Assembly (NCBI GenBank): GCA_965235115.1
Contig: OZ249436.1
Location: 51,646,001 to 51,710,000, forward strand
DNA length: 64,000 nt
Source of the DNA: Laetmonice hystrix
Taxonomy: Eukaryota
Reading direction: 5' to 3'
This document shows positions 36,950 to 50,145 of the stretch, in pieces. Both the position numbers and the translations under genes were made by a program. Positions within the stretch are counted from its first letter, which is position 1, and the number at the start of each line of letters is the position of its first letter. The notes beneath the pieces are model-generated. The model was given only the letters and a program-made list of their open reading frames with translations. It ran no database searches and had not been told where the DNA came from.

Positions 36950-39900
36950 GTGTACCGTCGAAGAACTGGGAAATGACCAGGAGGTGCTGGAGTCAACTTG
37001 CTTTCTTCCAGGAAGATTTACAGAAATTATCTGGTGACCAGGTTTGTTGAGCTCTACCAGTAAGTCCTATGTCAAAAATGAACTTGAGAGTTCAAGCTGA
37101 ATTTTGCTGCACTTGTTTGTTGTCAATCCCATAGATTCTGAAATGTATTTTTCTAAATAGGTCAGATCATCCTTGGTGGCTAAAAGCATCTTGTTCCAGG
37201 TAAAGGCAAAATTTTGTTGATGTCATTGAGCCAATGTCTAATTATTATATATGTGGATGTGAGAATGGTGTAAGGATAGGAGAACCAGGTTTTGATGTCA
37301 TAGAAAAAAAATCCAGTTGGATTGGTATTGAGATATGTTAGGTAAACATTGAGGCCTCAGTGGAACATATGTGGTCCTTGAATCAATTAGAGCTGGGAGC
37401 ATACAAGTAAGTGCCTTTTCTCCTGCCACAGATTACGATGGAAACTGAAATTAGTCGAACTGTCATCTTTATATCCTTGGTCACAGCTAAATCTGGGTAG
37501 GTAACGGTTCAAAACTGTTTGTGGGAATGAAATGGGAAGGTGCCAGCATCTGTCTATTGCTTCCCTCGGTATAAACACTGCATTCGTCAATGGGCAGAAT
37601 GTAAAAGAAAATGTCGTGTACGTATTCACTCTATTGGACGAGTGAACTTTTATGTCTTCAGTGATCCCTTACCCTACACCCGTCGGGGCACAAGTTGGGT
37701 GTTATCCCGCCACGCCCACAGAAACCCACCATCACAAAAACAAAAACAAAAAAAAATGTTGTATTTACCGATTGCACTCAGTGGTTAGTCCCATCGTTGA
37801 AATACAGTGGGTACTTCCCAGCATTCTTTCATGAACGCCAGTATTCTCCCGCAGAGCATTTTATATCAAGGTCAGACATGACTTTCATGCTTGGCATGAT
37901 GCATAAATCTTGTAGAGTGACAAATTTCTCTTTTAAAAAAGAGGAAAAGCCTGATTTCCAGCTGGTAGAAATTGACAATTGAGCGTTTTCAGGCAGTTTA
38001 CGTCAAGTGATACTTCTGGCAGCATTCTGAGCAACATGGAGTATTATATAGGTCAGATCTGTCACTGTTAAAACATTTGAGTAACACACAACACCAAACT
38101 TTTTTCTGTTGTGGTATTTTACGTCGTTCAATTTCTCTCCCCCTTCGTTATTTCTGGTATTCTTATTTGAGGCAATGATGAAATTAGTTAGATGTGTACC
38201 AAAGATGTGCCCCAGTATATTGTTACAACAACTATGATTACCCAACTTTTGAACATACGGTACCCTATTTAAGGAAGGTACCGTTAACCAATTGATTGAC
38301 CCCAAACATAACCCAAGATAATCATGGCTAACACCGCTTTGATTATTTACTGTTGCCGAAGCAGTCTCGTTAAAACGGGCAACCCATTGAAGATTGAACT
38401 CTAAGTACATTTGTATATTACATGATAATGTTGTAACTGGTCGGGCTTAAATCTCAGTACAAGTAGGTAGGCAGAGGGAATAATTGCCTGCCATAGGCAA
38501 TGTTGGTAACGGGATGGACGGAGAACCAGTAGGTCATATCAGTAATGATAATATCAATGTGATACCTAAATATAATTATTGGAATGTGTACATGAATGAC
38601 TGTGATTTGATAGCTGCAAAGTCAACTGTACTTAGGAGTAAGGTAGTATGAGTGTAGAGAAGAGAGGTTCTGGAGAACAGACAAGCCGTGTTAAGTAGCA
38701 TTTGATGCATGGAGGTACTGTGGCCAAGCAGAATGGATTTAGATTTAAGAATGCCCCTAAGTCGGACTGTATCATGCAGGACTGGAGGTAGATCTCCGAG
38801 ATCTTTACCAATATTAACTGTTACATAATTCTGGTACATTGGTCCCAGGTTTACCAGGCTTCTAAATAAATAAGGAGAGTGGACCATTTGGGATACTGGA
38901 AATATCTGTTGTGTTGTCCCAAAGGGAAGGTTAATACACTAATCTGAAGGTTGGCTTACAAAGCAAAGCAAGCAAGGCGATATTCCTTCATGATAATGTA
39001 GCCTTCAGGTTGATGAAGGATGTGTTTAATGAGACGTATGTACTTGGGGCGGACTAGTTGGTGAATGCACATTGACTGTACCAGACACCCCAGTCAACCA
39101 GTAAGCGCTTGCCACTTGTGGGGGAATTCTCAAATTTTCTAGTGTTAATTTTTCCACCAGATGTGTTGAATAGCTCAGCTTGATAAGCATAGCTTAGCAG
39201 AGCTCAGCTCAGCTTGACTAAGTTACGTGTAGCTTAGTTTAGCTTAGTTCAGTTCAAATATGTCCACCATGGGCGTCAAAAAGAACCCTTGACGTGTACC
39301 ATTGAATGCTGGACAGCTTGCAGTGGATATTTGTACACACATAACTTCGACTTGGTTTCTCTTTTAAGTGGTATGATCACATGTAAGTTTACATTGTACC
39401 AAGGTTGATATGCCCTACATTATGTTCATGCAGTCTCAGCCTGCTGAAGAACATTAATCACTGTACAGTTCTATAACTTTAATTCTGATGTACACAGTAT
39501 GCCGTGTACGTGGTTTTATACTGGAACAACGGACGTGTACATATACATCGGGTTCAGTTATGATCACTTTAAAACATTACTTGCTAGTTCAGGTTGTAGT
39601 ATGATTATATCCCATACAGGATACATGTATACAAGCGGTAAACCTAATACTTAGTCTACCGGTAGACCATGTAGGAAACGACTAGGCCAGCTGTGGCTAG
39701 AGCACCAAAGATAACCCCGCTCCTTAGGCATAGTTGTTGGTTGGTCCCAGAGTGTTTTCTCCCAACTGGTTAACAAAGAACATTGTATGTTTTGAGTTCT
39801 CATGGAAGCAGTATATGAGGGGGAAGTAACCCGATCAGTCCAGGCACTGGTCAAGGATGTCCCAAATCATGTCAGTGATGTTTTACGTATAGTTTTACCT

Positions 39901-40400
39901 GATCAAGGCATGCCCTGATCAGCCAGATTTGTTTTACATTTGCTGTGTCAGTAACAGCCTCATTAGCCTGAACAAGAGCAATGTCCCAAAAGATGCTCCA
40001 CTTTGCCTCTACATACCAGTAGTATTGACCTATCACGGTAATTAAAAGTCTGAAGAAACTTCTTTTACCATCTCCGAAATTGAATTGCCATGGCAGGCTA
40101 AATGTATGTGTACATGATCAGCAATGTTTGGCGCGGCAGTTTGTGCTGTTTGAACACGTAACTTTTGTAGATAACAGAATCAGATTGGAATATCTCCCAC
40201 CCGATGAGATTTTAAGCCCATAAGACGACGGGTGGAAACCTACTAAACCACTCTAGACACATACGGTCACGCCAGAGGACAGTTCTTCCTTCGATACCCA
40301 GTATGTAAACATGAACCCATCTTTGCCATGTTTGTTTTAGAAGATTTATTTGTTGGAAAAAGTTCGTTTTGTGGTTTTTGGACTAAGATATCCGTAAGGG
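36950..40400 (-). pseudogene. Probable decayed multi-LamG-like (concanavalin-A fold) domain gene
   Basis: Broken frames give DGFMFTYWV, ISSGG, YYWYVEAKWS, ACLDQVKLY, SLNRVPYVQKLGNHSC, DCFGN, PNLCPDG, QNFAFTWNK, in LamG-like order; multiple stops/frameshifts. By-eye similarity only. Confidence 0.3.
39170..39255. repeat. Degenerate (AGCTC/AGCTT)n pentamer repeat
   Basis: AGCTCAGCTTGATAAGCATAGCTTAGCAGAGCTCAGCTCAGCTTG...AGCTTAGTTTAGCTTAGTTCAGTTC. Confidence 0.75.
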
Positions 40401-43400
40401 CCTTTTTTTCCGGATTAAATGAATGGCGCATACATAAATGCGGGGGTGACATTGCATACATTCGAACAGTTCAGATTCCAGTATCCAAAAGGTGGATGAT
40501 AACAGTAAAAATACTACTTGCATCCTTACAAGGTTTACTGGGATTTCATTTACCGGTACTTTTAGATTAAAGTCAAGTTTTTCAAAGATCTTGAAATATA
40601 CATACGTATTGACATACCGGCACAGGTTGAATACAGGTAAGGTAAAGATGTGGTTGCACCTAAACAAAGCTAGCAAGTCGTACGTGCATGTATCAGGTTT
40701 TAGTTGGTATCTTACCCGTCATTAATCTTTTAAAAGTTATTGACGATAATATGTTTGAAATCGTTAGAATGAACAGTTACTAGGAAGTTCGATTTCCTCT
40801 AAGTTATCGTGATTCCCCCCCCCCCTTTCTTTTTTTTCTTTTTCTTTCTTTTTCTTTTCTTCATGGAAGCGTTTGACTCAGTCATGGTAGTATCTATCTT
40901 TTGGGCGGTACAGATGGTTCTATGCCTCGACGTGTTAGAAATTTATCATGAATGGTGCCCGCCGGTCATAGGGCTTGCTGCCGCCCTCTACTAGTACCGT
41001 ATTAGACGCCATATTTCTTATGTAAAGTTACACCAAAGTTGCGCTCTACCTATTTTTATTATATATATTGTTTGAGCATGCCTTATCTTCATTAAGGGCA
41101 AAGACGCCTTGATTGAATTTTGCTGTCTTTCCACCCAAAATATGATCGTTCCAGCAGTGACACAAAGCCAAGTCGGTTTAACGGTTCTTTATCTGTGTAG
41201 TCCTTGAGGTTAGCTGTTATAATGTGTAAATAAACAGACAAAAGAGCAGTTAATACAAGCTCAGCTTTGGACCACTGTGTGTGAAGGTCAGGTGACAGTA
41301 TTTCGCGTCGCCATCGAGCATTGTGTCCTACCATAACGCGTGTTCTGGACCCCGCGTCAGTCGCTCGTGTTCACCAACTGGAGACACTTCAGCCCTAGCA
41401 GTTGCTTGCTTTCAAGGCCATGCTACCTGCTTTATTTGTATTGTTTTCATGTGACAGGTTATTGTACAGTATAGGTTTGGTTTAGTGGTGTTGACTCACT
41501 ACCTTCTTTTGTTTGTTGGCTCATTTTGGCTGTGACGTTGTATATGATTGTGCTAGTTTTTAATGCTCTTTAATTATGTTTATAGTTTCCGCGTTTAATT
41601 AGTGTTCTCCTAGGAACTCGCCTAGTTATTTTTCTTTTGAGATATTATGCATTGAAGTTTGTGTACCCTCACTTCTATTAGTTGGCACTTTGGGAAAAGG
41701 CCCACCTAGTCATAATGTATGTCTTGCCTGGTGCGGTAGTTATGTGGTAAAGCGTTTTAACTGCATCTGACAAATTGACCAAAGAACTGAAGATTCTTCG
41801 GGCAGCAGCCATGAAGGTTTTAGCGTTGGGCTAGGTGTACAATCAAATCAACTATCGAGCTGTACCTGTTTGAATCGTACACCAGCAGTAGTGTTAATGA
41901 AGGGTGTCATCAGTTTGAATATGTAAGAAATAGAATAACAACTCGGACGTTCTAAAAAAAAGTATGATTAAGGTTAGTTTACTTAAGTATTCAATTCTTT
42001 TCTTTTTTGTGAGTAACTGTTCTAAGTGTGCAGATTTACAGTCTCAAACCTGTGAATCTTTCACACAGTATGTACACGGGCAGATCAAAGATTTTGTAAC
42101 ACCACTGGAATGTGGGGGAGGCGGGGGATCCGCCACTGACGTAATTAAACTGTGAGGTTTGGATACATTGATCCAAATGTATGTTATGGAACAACCATTT
42201 AACGTTCTTTTAGCAGTACTGTCAAAGTGTTATTTACTTGGGGGAGTGGGGGCGAGAATCGTTCGGTTGCGCCACAACTTGAGGTTGGCATGCTTTGTTA
42301 CTCCGCACTATAAGTCAGTGTTTGGAGGTTCCCCGTCCCTAGGCTCTTCTATCCACAGTGTAGCAGACCCTGTCTGTGCTGCTTGAAAAGCATGTCATTG
42401 TTCGATATTTTTATAAACCACTCCCGTTAGGTGCTACCGTCTTCCAGACACCCTGGCAAATTTGTATTGTAGACAGAGTAACAGCAGTAGGCCTATACAC
42501 GCGAGGACCGAACATTTCTTCTGGAAAGCATTTCTCACATACCCCACTGCAATTTTTAGTGAACTCTTTCTAGTTAACAATATTCTCAATATACATCCCA
42601 TGTACATTATTAATACCGGGAATCTTGGAAAAGTTGATCCAGTCAAACTACCAGTCCGGGAGATATAAGACAGTACAGCATCACTGGATTTCTGAATGCT
42701 GACATATGAACCAGCAGAAAGAAACGAAAATGGAAATGCCTGCCAGTAGGTACGGTGAGCTGTGAGTGTGTGAAAGATTTTACCGGGAGGACGTTAGGAT
42801 ATCTTGAGATATATGCCGGAATGCTCAACATGTAATGAAAGGAGCAAAAGCCGTTTTAAATGTCGCATAACACTAAGTTTTTAAGTTGTGATTCACTTTG
42901 GTTATTAACAAGCCAGTCGGTATGAGGTCAGAGTACGTTGATATGTGTCCTTTGTACAGTAAAGAATCAATAATTGTGCAACTGTTGGATAATTGTTTGA
43001 GCGTTGCAAGACAGCAGTACATTATACAGTATATGGTACCAAACTAACATAGGTAGCTAATACATGTACTCCCATTATGGATGGACCCAGACAGCAGATG
43101 GTGTGAAGAGGTTCCAGTTCATGTCGTGCACTCGATATGCTGCTTATACTGCTTGCAGTGACCACAAAATGCTGGGACTATTTATTTTTGTACTTTTCAT
43201 TTGGTACAAAAGTTCAAGTGTAGTAGCTTTTGTAATGTACAAAACAATAAAGTACACATATATCATCAAATGGGGTTGTTTTCTATGTGGCCATATATGT
43301 TCTGCTTCAAAGTTTCCAGAAAAAAGATTTTTCCTTCCTTTTTTTTTCAAAAATATAGTATTGCGATCTTCTGGAGAATATGGTCACAAGTGCTGCAAGT

Positions 43401-43567
43401 CGACACTAGGTGACATCTAGAACAAATCCTACCGGTAATTGTTTTTCCATGTTTATTTGAACATATTAGGAAATGTTTTCTTTGATTTTTGGTCTTCTGC
43501 AGGAACGCAGAAAAAAATACAATAAACAATTTTTGCTCAGCTTTATGTGAACTTGAACCAAATTTAT

Positions 43568-45454
43568 TCAAAATTTCACAATTTTGGGTTTAGCCTTTTT
43601 GATTGTTGGTTTGATCTCGATCAAGGCATCCTCTTCATCTACACTTCCAACATCTCTTATCCTTGTGACACTAAATCCTTCGAGCCCTGTGTGAGAAAGA
43701 AAATAAACATCTTCAACCGGTCCTGTGTAGAAACGAGCACCATACATGTCGCGCCGATAGGTTCCTAGGTTTCTTAATGACGGGTGCAACAGCAATCATT
43801 TCATCCCCAGCAGCTAACGTCTCCCCTTAACGATATTTGTGGAGTCCCAGCAGACAGGAGTTCTAAACTAAATGTAAATCAAAAGCACTTGGTACTACAT
43901 GTACTGAGAACAGAAATAAAACGGAATGTAGCTGACCTTGTTCTTTCTGAAGTTCTGCACAGTCTTTCTGGTAGTGCTCGACAGAGCCGCACGTTCGACA
44001 GCAGCCACCTGAAAAAATTAACATCTCAGTCATCTGTAACAATGCATGCTGAGGACAGTATCTGTTCAACTGAAAGCAGTTCCCCTCCTAGTTACTTAAT
44101 TTTATCCTATGAATCCTTTAAAATTAAACATAAAATGGTGCAACACATTTGTCATGTACCGTACATATGAAAGTTGTATCATCTCACCATTAGGGTAAAG
44201 TCCACGAGGATTGTCTGGACACTGCTTGGAAAGATGACCTTGCTCTCCACAAATAAAACACTTGGCATATGGAAACTCCCCTGTCAAAAACAAAACCAGT
44301 TTGTCGATTGTAGCATCCCAATATTGTCAGAAATACTTTGAAGACAACCACTAAAATAATTTTACACACACTTATTTTCTACAAAATATTTCATGATATA
44401 GATCCAAAAATGTTCAATTGTTTTAATTGTATTACTTGGATAACAATTGTCTCTCATGCATTTTAAATATGCCCCATGTTTAAAATGATGCCTAGTAAAG
44501 ATGTTACAGACTCTTTGCCTTTATTTACCTGGTGGGAGTTTAACACGACACCTATTAATGGCATGTTCAGTAGAACCACATTTGAAGCAGATGCCTGTTC
44601 CTTGCTCTGCATCCTTCTTCATCTTGGGACAACTTGACATGTCATGTCCAGTCTCACGACAGTTAAAACAGGTCTGCAAGTGTAAATCAACACAATGAGA
44701 TAATCACTTCATTTCATTGTGAAATTTTGCTATCAGTAGTGGATCCCAGCAGTTCCTGGTGTGACAGCTATTGAAAACTGAAAGTTACAGTTACAAAAAT
44801 ACAATGTTTTTCTTGCCTTACTAGAGTAAAATACACCATATACCAAAAATAAAAAGGTTACTCTATTAACATGACTGCAAAAGGCATCAACGAATGTGTT
44901 TTTGTTGCTCTTACTTTCGATGTATTCCTCAGTTCAATGCGTTTAATCCTCCGGCCCTCTCTGCGATCATCTTTCTTAACAAACTCAGCCAGCTCCTTCT
45001 TTTCCTGTTCTGTAAAGGCACCCATGGAAGCCTGGAGCTCTTTAAGTCTTTCATCTAAACTTTTACTTGAACCTTCCCCTTGTTGTCTCCCTCTGACTTT
45101 GAATTTAGCAGGATTATCTTTGTCCTCATCAATCTTCAATAGGTCTGCTGCCACACCTGACTCCTCAGTCTCTGAGTTTAATAGCTCCCACTCTGTTTTC
45201 TTCCACTGGGGCTTCTTTTTAGTTTTCTTAGTTGAATACCTGTAATCTGCTCCTGTCGATGTATCAGCTGAGGCCAGGGATCTTTCAGTAAATTTTGTTT
45301 TAGCATTCTTTGATTTCCCTTTTTTCAAATTCTTTGCTAGGCCTGTCCTGTTGTGCTGGTTTGGTGAAGTGTCAGATTTAACAAGTTCTGCCCACGGTGT
45401 CGCTGTCTGCACCTTCCTCTCCTGAGGGGCTCCAGCCTTGGCATATCTTGTCAT
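43568..45454 (-). CDS. ZCCHC9: Zinc finger CCHC domain-containing protein 9, 322 aa
   Basis: MTRYAK...ATPWAEL N-terminus, RREGRRIKR, four CCHC knuckles (CFNCRETGHDMSSC, CFKCGSTEHAINRC, CFICGEQGHLSKQC, CRTCGSVEHYQKDC), C-terminal PKIVKF. Exons 45454-44915,44673-44529,44280-44188,44008-43937,43686-43568 (969 nt). Confidence 0.95.
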
Positions 45455-45633
45455 CGTCGGTGAAAATGGCCTATCTCTACACTGTTGGGTTAAAGAAAAT
45501 CAAAATTATACAGGTCAGTTTTTTGAAGTATCATTTACTATCTAACCTTTATTGGAGCCACACCAAGGGTGCTGATGCGGTTGCAGACTTTGTAACCCCC
45601 CCCCCCCCCCCCCCCCCCGGCCACTTGGCAGGA

Positions 45634-46430
45634 TTTTTTTTTTTTTTTTTTTTGGAACATATTTATTCAGTAAATACAACTCGGCTGACAGCCGCAGTTA
45701 AAGTTGTACACTGACACAGGACAAATAACACACATATACACATACATATACAAAATTACAAGAAGGTGGACATACTTTACAAGAAGGGTACACACATTAT
45801 GAAACAAGAATTATGAAACAACATTGGCTAATTCACATCCTATCTGTCCGTTAGATATATATACAGATATATGCAAGTACATCAAGGTTAGAAATGAAGC
45901 CTAGACGTGATAGCTAATATCAGTGAAAACTGACCAAAGATGTGATTTTAAAGAAGATTTAAATCTTATAACATCCTTAATTGCCCGGAGTTGAACGTTT
46001 AATTTGTTCCATTCTCTTGGACCATGATATGAAGGGCTAACTTTGAATTTATTACTCGTAGGTAACACTGTGTTCATAACAGGCACAGTTCTGTTTCTAG
46101 TGTTGATTTCCCGGTTATCGAGATTGGTACCTCTATAGACTAATTTGTGCATAAGATTTAACAAAAACATTTCCTCCCGAAGACGTAGGGGTAACAAGTG
46201 TGCCCTGACATGCATTTCTTTAACATTTGACATATTCCCTAATTTAAACACAATTCTAAGTCCTCTGTTTTGTAATCTCTGTAATACACCCCTTTCTTTA
46301 TCTGTACACATCGAGAAGAATACATTTCCATAATCAAAATATGGTAGACACATTGATTTATATACTGAGAGAGCGCATGGAGTCGTAATTGATTTCCTTA
46401 CTTTGCCTAGGAGGTACAACTTATGGATAC
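45634..46430 (-). mobile_element. 5'-truncated non-LTR retrotransposon (CR1/L2-group RT C-terminus, 3' UTR, poly(A))
   Basis: Uninterrupted 172-codon frame 46419-45901 with LPYFDYGN..., LQRLQNRGLRIV, GPREWNKL, FKSSLKSHL; AATAAA at 45667-45662 then A20 (45653-45634). Confidence 0.9.
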
Positions 46431-46803
46431 GGCCCTGACTATGGTCGTGTACGGATAAAGTAGAGTAAAGTTGAAGACTATGTAGAGCGTTAATTGTAGC
46501 GTGTTGTTAAGCGTGTACACTTTTTCTGACCGTAGCCCTGCTTAGCTTCAAGCTTGCTGCTTAGCCTTTATGAAACGGGGGCCGTAGCGTTAGACTTCAA
46601 GTCGACTTAGCAGGGCCGTGGGCGATAATTAAGGAAAGATCTACTCTTCACACCAGACTGACGTCGTTAGCTAATTTACAGACGTCCATCCATATCTTTA
46701 GATCCATCAACCAATAACGCTCAGTCAGTGACAATCATATTGCGCCAAATATAGACGATACCTTTTGTTACCCCCACTAATAATTTGACTAAAATCCACT
46801 CAC

Positions 46804-46860
46804 CCTCGTTCATCCTACACCGGATGTCAGCGTAGAAATGGCTCAACTAACGCCGGCTAC
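46804..46860 (-). promoter_or_regulatory. Candidate non-coding first exon of ZCCHC9
   Basis: Strong donor GAGG|GTGAGT (intron begins 46803), CpG-containing segment with ACATCCGG; matching acceptor CCAACAG at 45483-45482 lies 27 nt before the ATG. Inference. Confidence 0.45.
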
Positions 46861-47703
46861 AATTTCATCATGTACCAGATATGAAGGAAAAGGGGCGTGG
46901 CTGTGGCAACAGCCCGTAGACTATGTTTCGTGGCCTAGCCAAATAGCAACCCTTTTAAACTTCTTTTAGGCTTCCTTTTTCTTGAATTGATTTCGTTTTT
47001 ATCTTATAGGGGTGGGGGGATTCCGGGCAAACCCCGCCGCCCAAACAGGCCACTGAAACTGTGAAAGAGGAGGAGAGTCTAGCTCTAGGCGCCGGGGGTG
47101 TTGAGAAACAGACGTCCAAGTACTATACTAGTCTGTTCAAATTTAATTAAGTCAAATCTGCCAAACTTTACCCCAAAAAGATGAACCCCCTTTACATCCC
47201 TGAAATAAATATTATTACCCTTAACTTAACCAAGTTATCTCTCATTTCAGTAGCGGCAGAATGTATACATACTTTATGGACCGCGGCCAGTGCGAAAGGG
47301 CACATTCAAAATCACACATGCGCCCCTGCACACTGTATAAAATTGAAAGGGAGTCTACCAGATTGCATCATTTTATTTTACCCATGTTCTCCAAAACGCA
47401 CTGAAATATTGTATATTGCTGAGCTTTAGTATAAAATAGTATAAATAAAGCACGATTTCTAAAGCACACCACATCTATAAAAAATATATATAATATCCTT
47501 AGAACAATTTAAGAAATATATTAATTTGGATGTAGATTATAGTGATTAGTGATTAATTCTGTGAATTTAATGTTCCATGATACTGATTCTTGTTGCACAG
47601 AACTTTTGAATTATTTGATGTGATGAAAGTGCTTTGTGATGTAAGACTGTCACTGATGAATTAAGGAACCATAATCATAATGAGTATGGGTGATATAAGA
47701 TCT

Positions 47704-49909
47704 TCATTCCTCCATGATGTCGATGACGAGAGGGGCGACGAACTCAGAATGACGAATGCCTAGCGAGTGGCTTGCGGGTTGTGGTTTGTTTATTGACACC
47801 TTCTCTGGGCTATGTGCTCCTGGACCAGGCTTCTGGGTGTTGTCTCCAGGCATGTAGGACCGGCCCTGCAGTGAATACTGGGGCCCTTTGGGGCGAATGA
47901 TATCGGGCACCACAGCAATGTACTGGCCTGGCCCGGGTGTCTTGGACATGTCTTCACAGTGAGAACCGACACTAGAGCGGGCTGTCATTGAGTAGGATGG
48001 GTACGAATGTTTGTTGATCTGGCTGGAACCAAGGAGCTGTGGGTACAAAGAAAAACATTGAATCATAATGGTTATGTTCCGCATAGAAATGCATGGGCTG
48101 TATTGACTGAATAGGCCGGAATAAGAGAAAAACAACTAAGATTTATTAATTATATGTAGGCCTAAGTGCGGAAACATGAATAATCGGCAGTGCTTGAACG
48201 TTGGTCTGTTTTAAGACAAAACAAACAAAAAAGTCAAGACACCCACAGCTGGTAAGGCATATCGGTTTGGTGCTGGATTGTTGTCCCTGCGCCGTGTGCG
48301 AGTTCTGGCAGCCATTGAATAGATGGGAGCATGGCGCTCACCCTGTGGGTGAACCTTCTCTGGACAGTATGTGCCCGGTGATGGGGTCTTGAACGCATCT
48401 GAAAGTCACACCCATATATACGTCATCAACACTCTATTTCTCGGTGTGACTTAAGGCAAAGTGACATGCTCGTGATATAAATTAACCATTTAAGGTTTAT
48501 TATTTTAATTTTTTATCCTTCCGATCTATTAATGTTTTTACTTTCACATAATTCAACAACATAGTTTATCAACCTACTTGGTTCTCTTGTGCGAGCCAGC
48601 ATTGAGTAGGCTGGTGTACCATCCTGTCCATGGCGTGTAATCATGGGGTTGATAAAATACACAGGGCCGGGACTGCAGTTGCTACGAAAAACTGAAAACA
48701 AGGAAATATAGGATGGTTGCACAGGAATGTTATTTATTAAATCCAGAGGTTTCAGACCCCCCCCCCCCCGACATATCTAAAGCAGTATCTCCTATATATC
48801 TACTGGGTTGAGTTGACCCTTTCCCATACTGTGAACCCATTTCCATCGGAATCATATGTCCAGTGCACTATGCCGGACGCCCGTCATATGAATGAACGCC
48901 TCGCGCACCTTTGGCGCTCGCGGCCTTCCTCAGCCAGGTGAATCCCGCTGGATATGTACGGGCCTTGGTCAATAAATAGTCCAAATACTGACTTTGACAA
49001 GAGTCAGGTAGACGTATAACTGTGCTATATAGTATATCTAGACTATAGACTATAGACTATAGTCTCATGTTAGAATATTTGGGCCGAATATTTGCAGTGG
49101 GCATAAAAAAATTGTCGAACTTTGACTCTAAATATTTCTAACCCCCTAATTTATGTCACAAGCTTCTGAGACATGGGTATTATACGTCGTCATATTTACT
49201 TAACGTGATTCAAATAGATAGTATTATAGACTATAACTTATCAAACCTAATTAAGACTTAGTCTTAGCGTTAAGTCAATAACTTAACCTAGGCCCTAAGC
49301 TAAGGCTAAGCTAAACCTAAGCTAAACCTAAGCTAAGGCTAAGCATTGGGCTAGGCCGTTAGCTGTGTGGCAGCTAGTACAGTAGCCAGACTATACTTAC
49401 TAATAGTATATATATGGTAGATCTACTAGACTATAACTATATACTGGGGAGGTAATTAAGTAGGTTACTTACACGAAGTTCCAAGCCGGCCTCCAAAACT
49501 GTAAGCTGGTCGTTGATGTTTGGTTTGGTCATGATCAAGGTAGCCACATGTGGATGGCAAGGCATACCGTCCAGGCCCCGGGCCTGCAAGGAAGCATTCA
49601 CTTATAAATAGTTTAAAAGTTTGGTAAAAAAAAATCCGCATCAGACTAGTCTAGCCAAAATCTAGGGTAATGGCTAATGCAGTAGGCCCAGCCTGAGTAG
49701 GGAAGGCCTAATATTAGGCTAATAAAACAGGCTGTGACGTTCCTCCGATTTTGTCATGGCCGGGTAACACTACGTTATACAGTCACTTAGTCTTACTCTA
49801 GTCTAATTAGTCGTAGAAAGAACGGAGAATTGATTCGAATCGTGGCCTATAATTTACCTCGATCCCGAGCTGCAATTGGGCAACGCTTTGCTGTATCAAC
49901 CTGAGACAT
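47704..49909 (-). CDS. ODF3: Outer dense fiber protein 3-like (SHIPPO-repeat, CIMAP1 family), 253 aa
   Basis: Repeated PGPG-x-Y motifs: MSQVDTAKRCPIAARDRGPGPGRYALP..., SPGPVY, TPSPGTY, KTPGPGQY, KPGPGAHSPEK, LGIRHSEF. Exons 49909-49858,49583-49473,48691-48578,48398-48247,48036-47704 (762 nt). Paralog (ODF3/ODF3L1/ODF3L2) not resolvable. Confidence 0.93.
49290..49345. repeat. 11-bp CTAAGCTAA(GG/AC) tandem repeat
   Basis: CTAAGCTAAGG CTAAGCTAAAC CTAAGCTAAAC CTAAGCTAAGG CTAAG in ODF3 intron 2. Confidence 0.85.
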
Positions 49910-50004
49910 TGCCACGCCTGTTTCTCTGAAATTAAAAGAAATCAACAGCAAGCTACTTGGGCTTTTACACGCGGTAAAAAAACCTCATTTGAACTGAAGT
50001 TGCC

Positions 50005-50145
50005 GTCGCTAGGTGACCGATCGCAGCGACACCTATGACGTCATGGTTATAGCACCAGAGGGCGCTTCGATTTCCGGAAACGGAAGAGGAATGTGTATGT
50101 TTCGCTTCATGTCAGATGACCGAAGTTCCCCACTGTATTTTTGGT
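50005..50145. promoter_or_regulatory. Compact bidirectional promoter for ODF3-like (-) and SPG21 (+)
   Basis: RFX X-box-like GTCACCTAGCGAC (minus, 50005-50017), perfect CRE TGACGTCA (50036-50043), CTCF-like GCACCAGAGGGCGC (50052-50065), ETS-like CCGGAAACGGAAG (~50074-50086), donor TTG|GTAGGT at 50144. Confidence 0.55.
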
